Position numbers and translations under genes: made by a program. This document shows positions 1 to 8,295 of a stretch of DNA of 37,643 nucleotides, in pieces (position 1 is the first letter of the stretch; each line of letters starts with the position of its first letter). The notes beneath the pieces were generated by a model that saw only the letters and a program-made list of their open reading frames with translations, made no database searches and was not told where the DNA came from. This DNA is from a virus, in IMG/VR virus record IMGVR_UViG_3300012683_000007, positions 1 through 37,643 of that record; one strand, written 5' to 3'.

Positions 1-123
1 AATAGATGCGCATGCTCCGGAAGGGCTCTCATTGACAGACGATCTCCCTGGTTTTACCTGGCATAACTGGGGACAGGCGTACACTTTCTGCATCCTTGGT
101 GAGGACGGCAGGCCGATCTTATC
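1..123. repeat. Terminal overlap, copy 1 (identical to 37521-37643)
   Basis: The first 123 nt and the last 123 nt of the window match base for base. This implies a circular or circularly permuted genome of 37,520 bp. The junction lies inside an ORF, so it is an assembly break rather than a physical end feature. Confidence 0.95.
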
Positions 124-307
124 AACTAGCAAAATATACGCTAAAGCTGCGGAACTCGCCAAAGTGACTGGATTAACTTCCGGATATTACTTTCGGCCGA
201 AGCAGGCTTATTTAGTGCAGATGTCACCTCATAAGACACCAGCGGCAGAATATTCCTTGCAAGAGATTAACAAAGAGATGGAGCGTATGTATGGCAATAA
301 CAAATGA
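1..307 (+). CDS. 3' part of the junction-spanning ORF (37306 -> 307 on the closed circle, 173 aa): M15/VanY/CwlK-like cell-wall peptidase homologue, putative endolysin
   Basis: The frame of track ORF 32..307 stays open back to base 2. It is the same frame as 37306..37643 after subtracting 37,520. The motifs PREQARLWRKGRS and FTWHNWGQA resemble M15 peptidase signatures. Confidence 0.6.
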   Translation, partial: IDAHAPEGLSLTDDLPGFTWHNWGQAYTFCILGEDGRPILSTSKIYAKAAELAKVTGLTSGYYFRPKQAYLVQMSPHKTPAAEYSLQEINKEMERMYGNNK

Positions 308-635
308 TCCATTATTCATCTTTCAGAATCAGACTACTGATTTAACTACAGGCGCCTTCTATTTAGATTACGCCAATAAAGTTGTAGTCCAGGTGCACGG
401 CACTTGGAACGGAGCAACATTAAAGTTACAGCAAGGGATCGTGACCGGAACGGGTGGAACAACTGTTTGGGTAGACATCAATGACAAAATCAATATCCCA
501 TATGACTTCACAGAAAATGATGTGCTAACTCTTACTGAGTTTATCTACAACCAGCCTATTCGGGGCGTATTAACAGGATCAGGCGGCAGCACCAATCTAA
601 CTTGTACTTTGCAAGTGGTGATAGGAGCATCTTAA
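291..635 (+). CDS. Hypothetical 114-aa protein, probably virion/fibre-associated by position
   Basis: Track ORF. Its stop overlaps the fibre start (TAATG at 633-637), indicating translational coupling. No recognisable motif. Confidence 0.6.
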   Translation: MAITNDPLFIFQNQTTDLTTGAFYLDYANKVVVQVHGTWNGATLKLQQGIVTGTGGTTVWVDINDKINIPYDFTENDVLTLTEFIYNQPIRGVLTGSGGSTNLTCTLQVVIGAS

Positions 636-3343
636 TGGCAGTCTATGATTTTTTGGATCGAGATATTGTAACTGCGTATTCGCAAATAGAGTGGAATGGC
701 GTTGCTTTGCCGCGCCAGACGATTTTAAACTTTATTGCGACGAGCTCAATTACCATAGCTGACAATCCTGGCAATGGCAGTACGGATATTACATTTGCGC
801 CTAATTTAGAGGCTTTAGCAGCCTATAATACAAATGGTTTACTAACTTATACTGGAAGCCATACCTTTGCAGGACGTACTATTACTGGGACTGCGGGAAC
901 TATTACCGTTACTAATGGAGATGGTGTCGCCGGGAATCCAACTATAACTATAGACGCTACTTATGCGGGACAAACTTCGATTAATACTGTTGGTACTATC
1001 ACTACTGGGACTTGGCATGGCAACATACTTACTGGGACTTATGGAGGTACTGGAGTTAATAATGGTAGTAATACTATCACCCTAGGTGGGAATATTAATA
1101 CTGCAGGTCCCCTTACTACTCTTGGTGCTTATGGTGTCACATTTACCTTTACAAACACAACCAGTGTAACCTTCCCTACTAGCGGGACGCTTGCTACAAC
1201 CAGCCAATTACCTACTTTGCCACTTAGTATAGCTAACGGTGGTACCGGCCAAACTACGGCAACCGCTGCCTTCGATGCACTAAGTCCACTTACCACGCAA
1301 GGTGATATTCTCTATTACAATGGCACGCATAATGTGAGATTAGGGCCTGGAACTAGTGGGTATGTGCTCACCACACAAGGCGCTAGCGCTAATCCTATCT
1401 GGGCGGCTGGTGTAGTCACTACGGCATATGAGACCATCCAGAGCAGCACTACACCCCTTACGCAACGTCTAATACTTAACTTCGTAGGTGCGGCTGCAGT
1501 CATCTCTGATAATGCCGGGAATACTAGCACAGACGTTACTTTTAACACCAGTCTAAATCAAATAGCCGGTGGCACGTGGACTGGAGCATCTTCTATTACG
1601 ACTTTAGGCACTATAGTGACAGGTATTTGGCATGGCACAGTAATAGGGTCCACTTATGGCGGCACAGGTATCAACAATGGTAGTAGCACTATAACGCTAG
1701 GTGGTAGCCTTACTACTTCAGGCGCGTTTGCTAGTACTTTCACTATGACCAATACTACTACTGTAACCTTTCCAACTTCTGGGACTTTGGCAACTACTTC
1801 GCAGATTCCTTCTTTACCTTTGAGCCTAGCGAATGGAGGGACGGCTGCAAGCTTAGTGGCTAACACTGGTGGTATAGTCTACTCAGGCGCGTCAGCTTTC
1901 GCTGTGCTTGCAGGGACTGCAACTGCTAATCAGGTTCTTTTGTCTGGTGCCACAGCAGCGCCCACATGGTCTACAGCTACTTATCCAGCTACTACCACTA
2001 TAAACCAACTTCTCTACTCTAATGCAGCTAATGCTATTGTTGGTTTGGCAACTGCAAATAGTGGGGTCTTAATAACCTCTAGTGGAGGCGTTCCATCTAT
2101 AAGCGGCACATTGCCAAGCGCAGTACAAGGTAATATTACTACAGTTGGCACTGTAACTTCTGGTACGTGGAATGCTGGTGTTATTCCTCTGGCTTATGGT
2201 GGTACGAACGCTAATCTTACCGCTAGTAATGGGGGCATTTTTTACTCTACTGCTTCAGCGGGCGCGATATTATCTGGCACCGCAACTGCAAACCAACTAT
2301 TACTCTCAGGCGCTAGTGGAGCGCCAGTATGGTCAACTGTAACGCATCCAGCAACCACTACTATAAATCAGATACTTTATTCAAGTAGTGCGAATGTATT
2401 GGCGGGTCTAGCCACAGCGAATAGCGGCGTCTTAATCACCGATGGGTCTGGAGTGCCATCAATAGGTACAACATTGCCGAGTGGCGTCCAGACTAATATC
2501 ACAAGTTTAGGGACGGTAACTACGGGCACTTGGAGCGCGACAGCTATTGCTGTAACAAAAGGCGGGACTGGACTGACTTCATGTGCGCAAGGTGATATAT
2601 TCTATGGTTCAGCTAGTAATACAATTGCGGCGCTTGCTAAAAGCACTACGGCTACGAACTATCTGTCTAACACTGGCACAACCAACAATCCGGCATGGGC
2701 GCAAGTTAACCTTGCTAATGGAGTTACTGGGAATTTACCTGTAGCTAATCTTAACTCTGGCACAAGCGCCTCATCTACTACATTTTGGCGTGGAGATGCA
2801 ACATGGGCCGCTCCTGCTGCAGGAGCAATGACGCAAATCTCGTCTCAAACGGCATCTTCTAGCGCAACTATAGATTTTACAGGCCTTAGCACCACCTACA
2901 ATACATATGTCATTGATGCAATTAATATTGTGCCTGCAACCGATAATGTAAATCTGTATTTCCGCACCTCTACTAATAATGGCTCTACATTTACTGCCTC
3001 GGCTGGCGCATATTCATATGCGGGGATATATTCTGATAATGCCGGTACTGTAACACCGGTAGGTAATAGTAGTGCTACAGAAATTAGGTTACCGCAAGGG
3101 GGAGGGCTTGGCGCCACTTCGCCTGCAAATTATTGCGCTAGATTTGTTCTATATTCTCCAGATGTTGCCGGTGTAACTACTCAAATATTTGGACAGTCTG
3201 TTGGACTTGATAGTGGTGGAGGCAATAAGACCGCTACTCATTGTGGAACCCGGGCAGTAGCTGAAGCTAATAATGCCATAAGGTTCCTCATGAGCTCAGG
3301 TAACATCGCTTCAGGCACATTTATTTTATACGGAGTAATTTAG
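635..3343 (+). CDS. Large modular tail fibre / receptor-binding protein (902 aa from ATG 635)
   Basis: AGGAG lies 7 nt upstream of ATG 635; the track's TTG start at 602 is less likely. The protein is Thr/Gly/Ser/Ala-rich. It has repeated modules (GTWHG..YGGTG.NNG..ITLGG; [21 protein letters not shown]) that are shared with 3783..5306 and 27427..28173. Confidence 0.85.
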   Translation: MAVYDFLDRDIVTAYSQIEWNGVALPRQTILNFIATSSITIADNPGNGSTDITFAPNLEALAAYNTNGLLTYTGSHTFAGRTITGTAGTITVTNGDGVAGNPTITIDATYAGQTSINTVGTITTGTWHGNILTGTYGGTGVNNGSNTITLGGNINTAGPLTTLGAYGVTFTFTNTTSVTFPTSGTLATTSQLPTLPLSIANGGTGQTTATAAFDALSPLTTQGDILYYNGTHNVRLGPGTSGYVLTTQGASANPIWAAGVVTTAYETIQSSTTPLTQRLILNFVGAAAVISDNAGNTSTDVTFNTSLNQIAGGTWTGASSITTLGTIVTGIWHGTVIGSTYGGTGINNGSSTITLGGSLTTSGAFASTFTMTNTTTVTFPTSGTLATTSQIPSLPLSLANGGTAASLVANTGGIVYSGASAFAVLAGTATANQVLLSGATAAPTWSTATYPATTTINQLLYSNAANAIVGLATANSGVLITSSGGVPSISGTLPSAVQGNITTVGTVTSGTWNAGVIPLAYGGTNANLTASNGGIFYSTASAGAILSGTATANQLLLSGASGAPVWSTVTHPATTTINQILYSSSANVLAGLATANSGVLITDGSGVPSIGTTLPSGVQTNITSLGTVTTGTWSATAIAVTKGGTGLTSCAQGDIFYGSASNTIAALAKSTTATNYLSNTGTTNNPAWAQVNLANGVTGNLPVANLNSGTSASSTTFWRGDATWAAPAAGAMTQISSQTASSSATIDFTGLSTTYNTYVIDAINIVPATDNVNLYFRTSTNNGSTFTASAGAYSYAGIYSDNAGTVTPVGNSSATEIRLPQGGGLGATSPANYCARFVLYSPDVAGVTTQIFGQSVGLDSGGGNKTATHCGTRAVAEANNAIRFLMSSGNIASGTFILYGVI
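1868..2590 (+). repeat. In-frame tandem duplication inside the fibre gene (units 1868-2230 and 2231-2590; 121 and 120 codons), followed by a degenerate third unit
   Basis: Protein units [36 protein letters not shown]... and [36 protein letters not shown]... align end to end. Confidence 0.85.
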
Positions 3344-3604
3344 ATGACAGAAAGATTGCATAAAATGGTTGATGGAGTTCGAGTAGAAATGGCTCGCGAA
3401 GAAGAAGCATTAATACGAGCAGAGTGGGCCGCTAACGAAGAAGTGCAAAAATCTACGCAATATATAGAGCTGCGTAAACAGGCCTATCCCCTTGTTGCTG
3501 AGCAATTAGATATGATGTACCGAGATAGAGTAAATGGCACTAATGAATGGATGAACCGCATTATGGCTATCAAAAATAAATACCCAAAACCTACAGGAGA
3601 ATAA
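3344..3604 (+). CDS. Small helical protein directly downstream of the fibre gene; possible fibre assembly/chaperone protein
   Basis: ATG immediately follows the fibre stop. The C-terminal pattern YPLVAEQLDMMYRDRVNGTNEWMNRIMAIKNKYPKP resembles small proteins found next to phage fibre genes. The function is inferred from position only. Confidence 0.5.
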   Translation: MTERLHKMVDGVRVEMAREEEALIRAEWAANEEVQKSTQYIELRKQAYPLVAEQLDMMYRDRVNGTNEWMNRIMAIKNKYPKPTGE

Positions 3605-3605
3605 A

Positions 3606-3782
3606 ATGAAAAAGAAACATCCAGGATTTAAGTCGGTACAGGCGAGTATTGCTAGTAAAGAAGGGATTTCCAAGGTTAGAGCAGGAGCAATACTAGCTGC
3701 CTCTAGTCGAGGTGCATCAGCCAAGGCTAAGAGAGCTAATCCAGCTCTGAAGAAGGTCAGAATGCCTAAAAAGGGGTACTAG
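3606..3782 (+). CDS. 58-aa basic protein (MKKKHPGFKSVQASIASKEGISKVRAGAILAASSRGASAKAKRANPALKKVRMPKKGY), below the ORF-track size cutoff
   Basis: Read by hand. The ATG lies 1 nt after the preceding stop, and its stop abuts ATG 3783, so it packs tightly in the operon. Confidence 0.5.
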   Translation: MKKKHPGFKSVQASIASKEGISKVRAGAILAASSRGASAKAKRANPALKKVRMPKKGY

Positions 3783-5306
3783 ATGCTAGATAAAATAATC
3801 GGCATGAGTGGCAATATAACCGTTCACCTGAGCGATAGGAGGGAGTATGTTATCGATATCGATACCACATATGGTGGGCAAACCTCTCTCAGTACGCTTG
3901 GCACGGTTACGATTGGCAATTGGCATGCGGCTATTATTAATCCGTCCTATGGTGGAACAGGTGTGGATAATGGTGGCTTTATTATTACTTTAGGTGGCAG
4001 TCTTTACACTACCGGCGCAATAACCTTAGAAAGCGATGAAGGATCGATAGTCTCGCTGCCAGCGAGGGGAAGACTGGTAAATCGAAGCGAGACTATCGAT
4101 CCTGAGCAGAATCTGAAAGATGTTGCTGATATTAGCAAAGCGTATGATAACTTAGCACCAGTTGTGGCTAAGGGCGATATTGTGGTGTTTGATGGAGAAA
4201 GCAATTTTCCATTACCTATCACTGAGGATGGTAAATGGCTATGTATCGATAAGTCTGCCCCGCTCGGCGTAGAGTGGCATGCGTTACCTAGTAGTTATTC
4301 TACTATTACGTACAAAAATATGCAGCTCCCCAAAGAAGAAATATTAAGTTTTCATGGGGACGGTTTTATTATTAAGCCAAACCAAGGGCGCACTGATATT
4401 CAGTTAACTACGCGTTTACAGGCTATAGAAGGACTAACTGCTCCGGGCATTTTAGCTTATGGCCCTCGATTTGAATATGACCCTAATCCTATTCAGCCGC
4501 GTGTATTGTTAGCTGACGACGGTATACAAATTCTAAATGGGTATGGAGAGGATAATCCGGTTATAAAAATACACCCAGAATATAAAGGCCAAAAATCTAT
4601 TACTACGGTAGGGCATATTAAGGAGGGTTATTGGGGCGGAACTATAGTAGATCCTGAGTTTGGGGGCACTGGGAATGCTAATGTGTACGGGATAAGCCTA
4701 GGTGGTCATTTACATACAACTGCGCCATTTAGCGTGATGCAGATGACGCCATATAGTCCAAACGATAAGTTGGAAGGATACTATGTGCAAGAAAATAGTG
4801 TCACTTTGGTTGCCGAAGGTACTACAGAAGTATGGCTGCCTAAAAAGGGCATGCTCGCAACACAAGAAGATAGTTTACAGGTTTGCCATAACCTAGGCGA
4901 TCTCGATAATAAGCTCCAGGCATTTAGCAACATTTCGCCAACTAAGAAGCGCGGGGACATGATAGTCCGTGGCTATGGTGACTATGATACTGTCCTGCAA
5001 ATAGGTGCTATTGGCCAAGTGCTAACTGTAGTTGAAGATGAGCCGGGACTTGTCGAATGGACTGACCCAGTAACCTATAAAGATATCGATCTTCGTATCG
5101 AAGAGCAATTATCCAATATTACGGTAGAAATACGTGAATCTATGGAGCCAGAATCGCAGCTTTTAGGGGGAATGCCTATGGAGACGGTTTTAGAGGCCAT
5201 TCTAATGCAATTCGATTATATGAAGCATGCAGGCACCCTACCGGTCATTAAGGAGCTCAGAACAGTCCTGGATCAGTGGACTAAATCAAAACAGAGGAGA
5301 ATATAA
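3783..5306 (+). CDS. Second tail-fibre / receptor-binding protein (507 aa) lacking the N-terminal ~95 aa of fibre 635..3343
   Basis: Residues ~8-75 align with residues ~100-165 of the first fibre (IDTTYGGQTSLSTLGTVTIGNWH..YGGTGVDNGG..ITLGG). It has a second copy of that module and two KGD..W motifs further on. Confidence 0.8.
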   Translation: MLDKIIGMSGNITVHLSDRREYVIDIDTTYGGQTSLSTLGTVTIGNWHAAIINPSYGGTGVDNGGFIITLGGSLYTTGAITLESDEGSIVSLPARGRLVNRSETIDPEQNLKDVADISKAYDNLAPVVAKGDIVVFDGESNFPLPITEDGKWLCIDKSAPLGVEWHALPSSYSTITYKNMQLPKEEILSFHGDGFIIKPNQGRTDIQLTTRLQAIEGLTAPGILAYGPRFEYDPNPIQPRVLLADDGIQILNGYGEDNPVIKIHPEYKGQKSITTVGHIKEGYWGGTIVDPEFGGTGNANVYGISLGGHLHTTAPFSVMQMTPYSPNDKLEGYYVQENSVTLVAEGTTEVWLPKKGMLATQEDSLQVCHNLGDLDNKLQAFSNISPTKKRGDMIVRGYGDYDTVLQIGAIGQVLTVVEDEPGLVEWTDPVTYKDIDLRIEEQLSNITVEIRESMEPESQLLGGMPMETVLEAILMQFDYMKHAGTLPVIKELRTVLDQWTKSKQRRI

Positions 5307-5476
5307 TGGATATACCGAAAAAAGAGTTGCTCGAAAGAGCGTTGCTATTTGTTGAAGATATGTACGAAGATGCGCAGACTAGGCATCATGATGAGATAAT
5401 GCATAAAATCAGACAGATTAAAAATTTGATAAAAAGGCAACAAATAGTTTTAAAGGCTGCCGACGGCATGATATAA
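5306..5476 (+). CDS. 56-aa hypothetical protein (MDIPKKELLERALLFVEDMYEDAQTRHHDEIMHKIRQIKNLIKRQQIVLKAADGMI)
   Basis: Read by hand. TAATG overlap with the fibre stop. Confidence 0.45.
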   Translation: MDIPKKELLERALLFVEDMYEDAQTRHHDEIMHKIRQIKNLIKRQQIVLKAADGMI

Positions 5477-5503
5477 TTAAACTACATTCATTGGAGAATA
5501 AAA

Positions 5504-5686
5504 ATGAAATCAGAAAAGACCTCACTAAACTTCAGCACGAAGAGAAATATGAAAAGCGGCAAATCTATGGGGAAAACCGATATGGGTATCCCACCTTTCA
5601 CCCAGAAGCCGAAGAATGTGCAGATGATTTCTGCCATTGCTAAGACCTCTAAGGGCAAGATGCGCGGTTCAGATAAATACTGCTAG
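5504..5686 (+). CDS. 60-aa basic hypothetical protein
   Basis: Track ORF with GGAGA 7 nt upstream of the ATG. Low-complexity Lys/Ser-rich sequence, so coding status is uncertain. Confidence 0.4.
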   Translation: MKSEKTSLNFSTKRNMKSGKSMGKTDMGIPPFTQKPKNVQMISAIAKTSKGKMRGSDKYC

Positions 5687-5694
5687 GAGTATAC

Positions 5695-5889
5695 ATGGGA
5701 CGCCATCGCGGCAATAACATAACCTTAACTGTAGCGCTAAGGGGAGAACCGAAGTTCTTCGATAAAGTATGCGAAAAGGCCGTCAAGCATGAGGGCTCAG
5801 TCGCAGCATACGTCATGCGGGTCCTAACAGAGCATGAAATTGCGGATGAAGCCCGGGAAAGGCGGCTAACTCATAAGAGTGCTAGCTAG
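5695..5889 (+). CDS. 64-aa protein, possible ribbon-helix-helix DNA-binding fold
   Basis: AGGAG lies upstream of the ATG. A beta-strand-like ITLTVAL followed by two helical segments fits an RHH layout. The 3' end overlaps the convergent recombinase gene by 8 nt. Confidence 0.45.
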   Translation: MGRHRGNNITLTVALRGEPKFFDKVCEKAVKHEGSVAAYVMRVLTEHEIADEARERRLTHKSAS

Positions 5890-6499
5890 CCTGCATTAGT
5901 TGGCCGATAGATGGCTGTATGTCTACGGCAGATATATTGGCCTTCCTAGCAACTCTATATACCGTAGACTCGCTAACCTTAAACACATTACCTAATTGCG
6001 CAATAGAATATTTACCGCTCCTGTAGTGCTCTAAAAGCATTTCTTCTTTGACCCGATCCAGTACTCTAGGCCGTCCGCCGAATCTCCCCTGCTTATTAGC
6101 TGTCGCCAAGCCGTTTTTAGTACGCTCACTTATATTGTCCCTATCGAGCTGAGCTAGGCCAGCTAATAATGTATACAAGAATCTGCCCATTGGGGTGGTT
6201 GTATCTATTGGGATGCCATTTAGTATCTTCAGCTCTATGTTGCTATCAGCAAACTGCTTACTGAGTTGCATAAGCATCAAAGAGTTGCGGGATATCCTAT
6301 TTAACTCTGTGGCAACCAACAAGTCGCCGGGCCGCAGGAATTCCAAACACGCATTCCATTGTGGGCGATGATCCCAGGTACCCGTATGGTGCTCACTAAA
6401 AATCTTTAGGCATCCAACTGCCTGGAGCTGATCAATCTGCGAATCCAGCTTTTGGTTCTTGTCTTTTGTTGAAACACGGGCGTAACCTATTAAATTCAT
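5882..6499 (-). CDS. Small serine recombinase of the Hin/Gin/Cin invertase-resolvase family (205 aa)
   Basis: N-terminal LIGYARVSTKD contains the catalytic Ser. It also has NRISRNS (a DRLGR-type motif with Asp replaced by Asn), MGRFLYTLLAGLAQLDRDNISERTKNGL, GRFGGRPR, and a C-terminal HTH (SIAQLGNVFKVSESTVYRV). AAGAGG SD upstream. Confidence 0.9.
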   Translation of the reverse strand: MNLIGYARVSTKDKNQKLDSQIDQLQAVGCLKIFSEHHTGTWDHRPQWNACLEFLRPGDLLVATELNRISRNSLMLMQLSKQFADSNIELKILNGIPIDTTTPMGRFLYTLLAGLAQLDRDNISERTKNGLATANKQGRFGGRPRVLDRVKEEMLLEHYRSGKYSIAQLGNVFKVSESTVYRVARKANISAVDIQPSIGQLMQAS

Positions 6500-6533
6500 A
6501 TTAACCTCTTATATTTATTGCAAACCTATCGTA

Positions 6534-6561
6534 TTTATATATAAGTGCGCGTAAATGGCAA
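6534..6561 (-). promoter_or_regulatory. Candidate sigma-70 promoter for the recombinase gene (TTGCCA-16 nt-TATAAA on the minus strand)
   Basis: Hexamers read on the reverse complement: -35 at 6556-6561 and -10 at 6534-6539, about 35 nt upstream of the start codon at 6499. Confidence 0.45.
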
Positions 6562-6571
6562 GCAAAAAATA

Positions 6572-6597
6572 TCTCAAAAACGCTTGCATCTTGAAGT
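6572..6597. promoter_or_regulatory. 26-bp imperfect dyad with hix/gix-like geometry (12 + 2 + 12: TCTCAAAAACGC TT GCATCTTGAAGT). A third related half-site lies at 6620-6631.
   Basis: The half-sites match 8/12 as inverted repeats. GAGTTTTTGACA at 6620-6631 is a 10/12 inverted copy of the left half. The dyad sits 10 nt upstream of the recombinase -35. It could be a crossover, res-like or operator site; no partner site was found elsewhere by eye. Confidence 0.3.
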
Positions 6598-6699
6598 AAA
6601 GACAATTAAGTTATGCGAGGAGTTTTTGACAGCCACGTGCACATCATACATTAATTTGATGGAAGATGTAGCTTGAATAGTATATACGGTCGTATTTGA

Positions 6700-7026
6700 A
6701 TGGATGAAGATAAGGGTGGGATGAATGTTGAGAAAAGTAAGCCTGCTAATATGAAAAAGGCTTATCAGGCACATCTTAGACATGGAATGGCACAAGTAAA
6801 CAAAGCCAGAGATGCTTGTAGAAATATTGGATATTATTTAAGTGTACTTAAAAGAAATATACATATAGTAAAAAGCGCGGCACGCTATCCCAAAGATTTT
6901 GAGCGAAGCGAAAGTTTATTAGAGGTTGCAGGGTCAATACTTGAAGGCACAGAGAATTATTTAAATGATTTAGAGGCAGAGCTCCAAAATGTCAGGTTAA
7001 TAATAAAGAAAGGAGGTCATATTTGA
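6700..7026 (+). CDS. Hypothetical early protein (108 aa; an alternative start at 6721 has a better SD-like GGGTGGG)
   Basis: Track ORF. First gene of a tightly packed plus-strand block. Confidence 0.55.
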   Translation: MDEDKGGMNVEKSKPANMKKAYQAHLRHGMAQVNKARDACRNIGYYLSVLKRNIHIVKSAARYPKDFERSESLLEVAGSILEGTENYLNDLEAELQNVRLIIKKGGHI

Positions 7027-7236
7027 ATGGGTGGATTAAACGATAATAGAGACTTATTTGAGAGGATACATGGAGTGACAGATATAGAAGTCGTACAAGA
7101 ACTTATTCAAGACATAGAGATAATATTAGATGCACAGGCCTCAGAAATCAGAGATGAGATGCTACTCATGTTGTGCGATATGCTAGAACGATATGGAGTT
7201 GATGTCTCCTATAATCCAACAAGAGGACAAAAATGA
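7027..7236 (+). CDS. Hypothetical acidic 69-aa protein
   Basis: AGGAGG SD upstream. The ATG abuts the preceding stop. Confidence 0.65.
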   Translation: MGGLNDNRDLFERIHGVTDIEVVQELIQDIEIILDAQASEIRDEMLLMLCDMLERYGVDVSYNPTRGQK

Positions 7237-7475
7237 GTAATAATCACCCATATGAGTCACCGGAAGATTGGTTTAAAACGTTTAAAGCCAATAGAGAGAG
7301 GGCAAGAATAGCCGGCGAGAAAGAATTTAATACTAGGAGGATGAAAAAATTTCAGACGGCTGATGTTGTACCCGGTCTAATAACTATACTAACAGGTCAC
7401 AACACAGACGATGGCATAATTTATATCGAAGATCTGCATACATATAAATATGATAAAGAGGACAAAAATGACTAA
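7233..7475 (+). CDS. Hypothetical 80-aa protein
   Basis: GAGGA SD upstream and an ATGA overlap with the upstream gene. Confidence 0.65.
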   Translation: MSNNHPYESPEDWFKTFKANRERARIAGEKEFNTRRMKKFQTADVVPGLITILTGHNTDDGIIYIEDLHTYKYDKEDKND

Positions 7476-8295
7476 AGATACAAATACACTAAGTAAAGAA
7501 AGTTTAATGAGGATTTCTTCAGTAGCATTGCTATTTGGGATAGAAATTGATTGGTTTATAGAGTGGAGTGAGTATCCTGATTTTCCTCTACATGCCATAA
7601 AAACGATGCGCGGCCCTAAGTATCTCCAAAGTGAAGCGTATGATGTATTTACAAAAATCTGTAAAAAGGAAATTATCATCCCGCCTCTTTCTGAAGATAG
7701 GCGGAAGATTTTAAGAAAATTTAGAACTACTGCGCGATATGGAGGACCCCTAGTTAGTTATTTAACACAAGAAGAGATTGATGCTTTGCCCACAATACCT
7801 ACAGAAAGGGTAACTTTGACCGATGGGAATGGCTTGCGGTTAGATATAAGTACTGCTGGTAGATGGACTTGGTCATATATGTATCATCTAAGAAAAGGTC
7901 TGAATCAGCATATTTTCCTAGGAGAATATCCTAAAATGTCTTTGGAAGACGCCAGAGCTATAAAGCGAAAGGCTCGGTTAATGATTATGGAAAGGAAGGA
8001 ACCAATAGAGTATTTAAAGAGTCAGGCGCATAAAAAATTACGCGATATTCTGCGTGAGACGCGCATATCTGTTCCATTATCTCCTGCTGTTGGCGAGGTT
8101 ACTACTGCTACTTGGAGGGGGATGATTTTACAGCAAGATCAAAGGCTTCAGAACCAACAAGAAGAAATCGCCCGAGAATTGGCACAGTTTGTGTCCTACT
8201 GGCTCGCTCATTTACCAGAAAACACTCAATTGCTTCAGCTTCTTGATGAGGTGATAATTAAGCATCGTTGGCCTACTGAGGTACCACCTCTATGA
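7450..8295 (+). CDS. DNA-binding protein with an AlpA/excisionase-like HTH plus a P4-integrase-type arm-binding (DUF4102-like) domain and no recombinase catalytic domain (likely start ATG 7468)
   Basis: The N-terminus LMRISSVALLFGIEIDWFIEWSEYPDFP resembles HTH_17/excisionase. Residues ~118-188 (VTLTDGNGLRLDISTAGRWTWSYMYHLRKGLNQHIFLGEYPKMSLEDARAIKRKARLMIMERKEP) match the integrase N-terminal domain pattern. The protein ends about 90 aa later with no R..HxxR..Y signature. Confidence 0.7.
   Translation: MIKRTKMTKDTNTLSKESLMRISSVALLFGIEIDWFIEWSEYPDFPLHAIKTMRGPKYLQSEAYDVFTKICKKEIIIPPLSEDRRKILRKFRTTARYGGPLVSYLTQEEIDALPTIPTERVTLTDGNGLRLDISTAGRWTWSYMYHLRKGLNQHIFLGEYPKMSLEDARAIKRKARLMIMERKEPIEYLKSQAHKKLRDILRETRISVPLSPAVGEVTTATWRGMILQQDQRLQNQQEEIARELAQFVSYWLAHLPENTQLLQLLDEVIIKHRWPTEVPPL

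Noticed and set aside
1315-3117. Minus-strand ORFs inside the fibre gene (1315..1548, 1654..1866, 2896..3117)
   Set aside because: They are antisense shadows of a long, compositionally biased gene. They have no SD, their translations are low in complexity, and they are fully nested in a well-supported CDS.
635-3343. A diversity-generating retroelement acting on the repetitive fibre gene
   Set aside because: No reverse transcriptase gene exists anywhere in the genome. The internal repeats are in-frame protein modules with scattered differences, not a template/variable repeat pair with adenine-specific mismatches.
3344-5890. A Mu G-segment / P1 C-segment-style invertible tail-fibre cassette controlled by the adjacent serine recombinase
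   Set aside because: Such segments carry an alternative fibre C-terminus and chaperone in the opposite orientation. Here the only minus-strand ORFs (3506..3724 and 4004..4222) are short shadows with no fibre-like sequence. I also found no inverted pair of hix/gix-like sites flanking the region. The idea is kept only as an open question in the findings.
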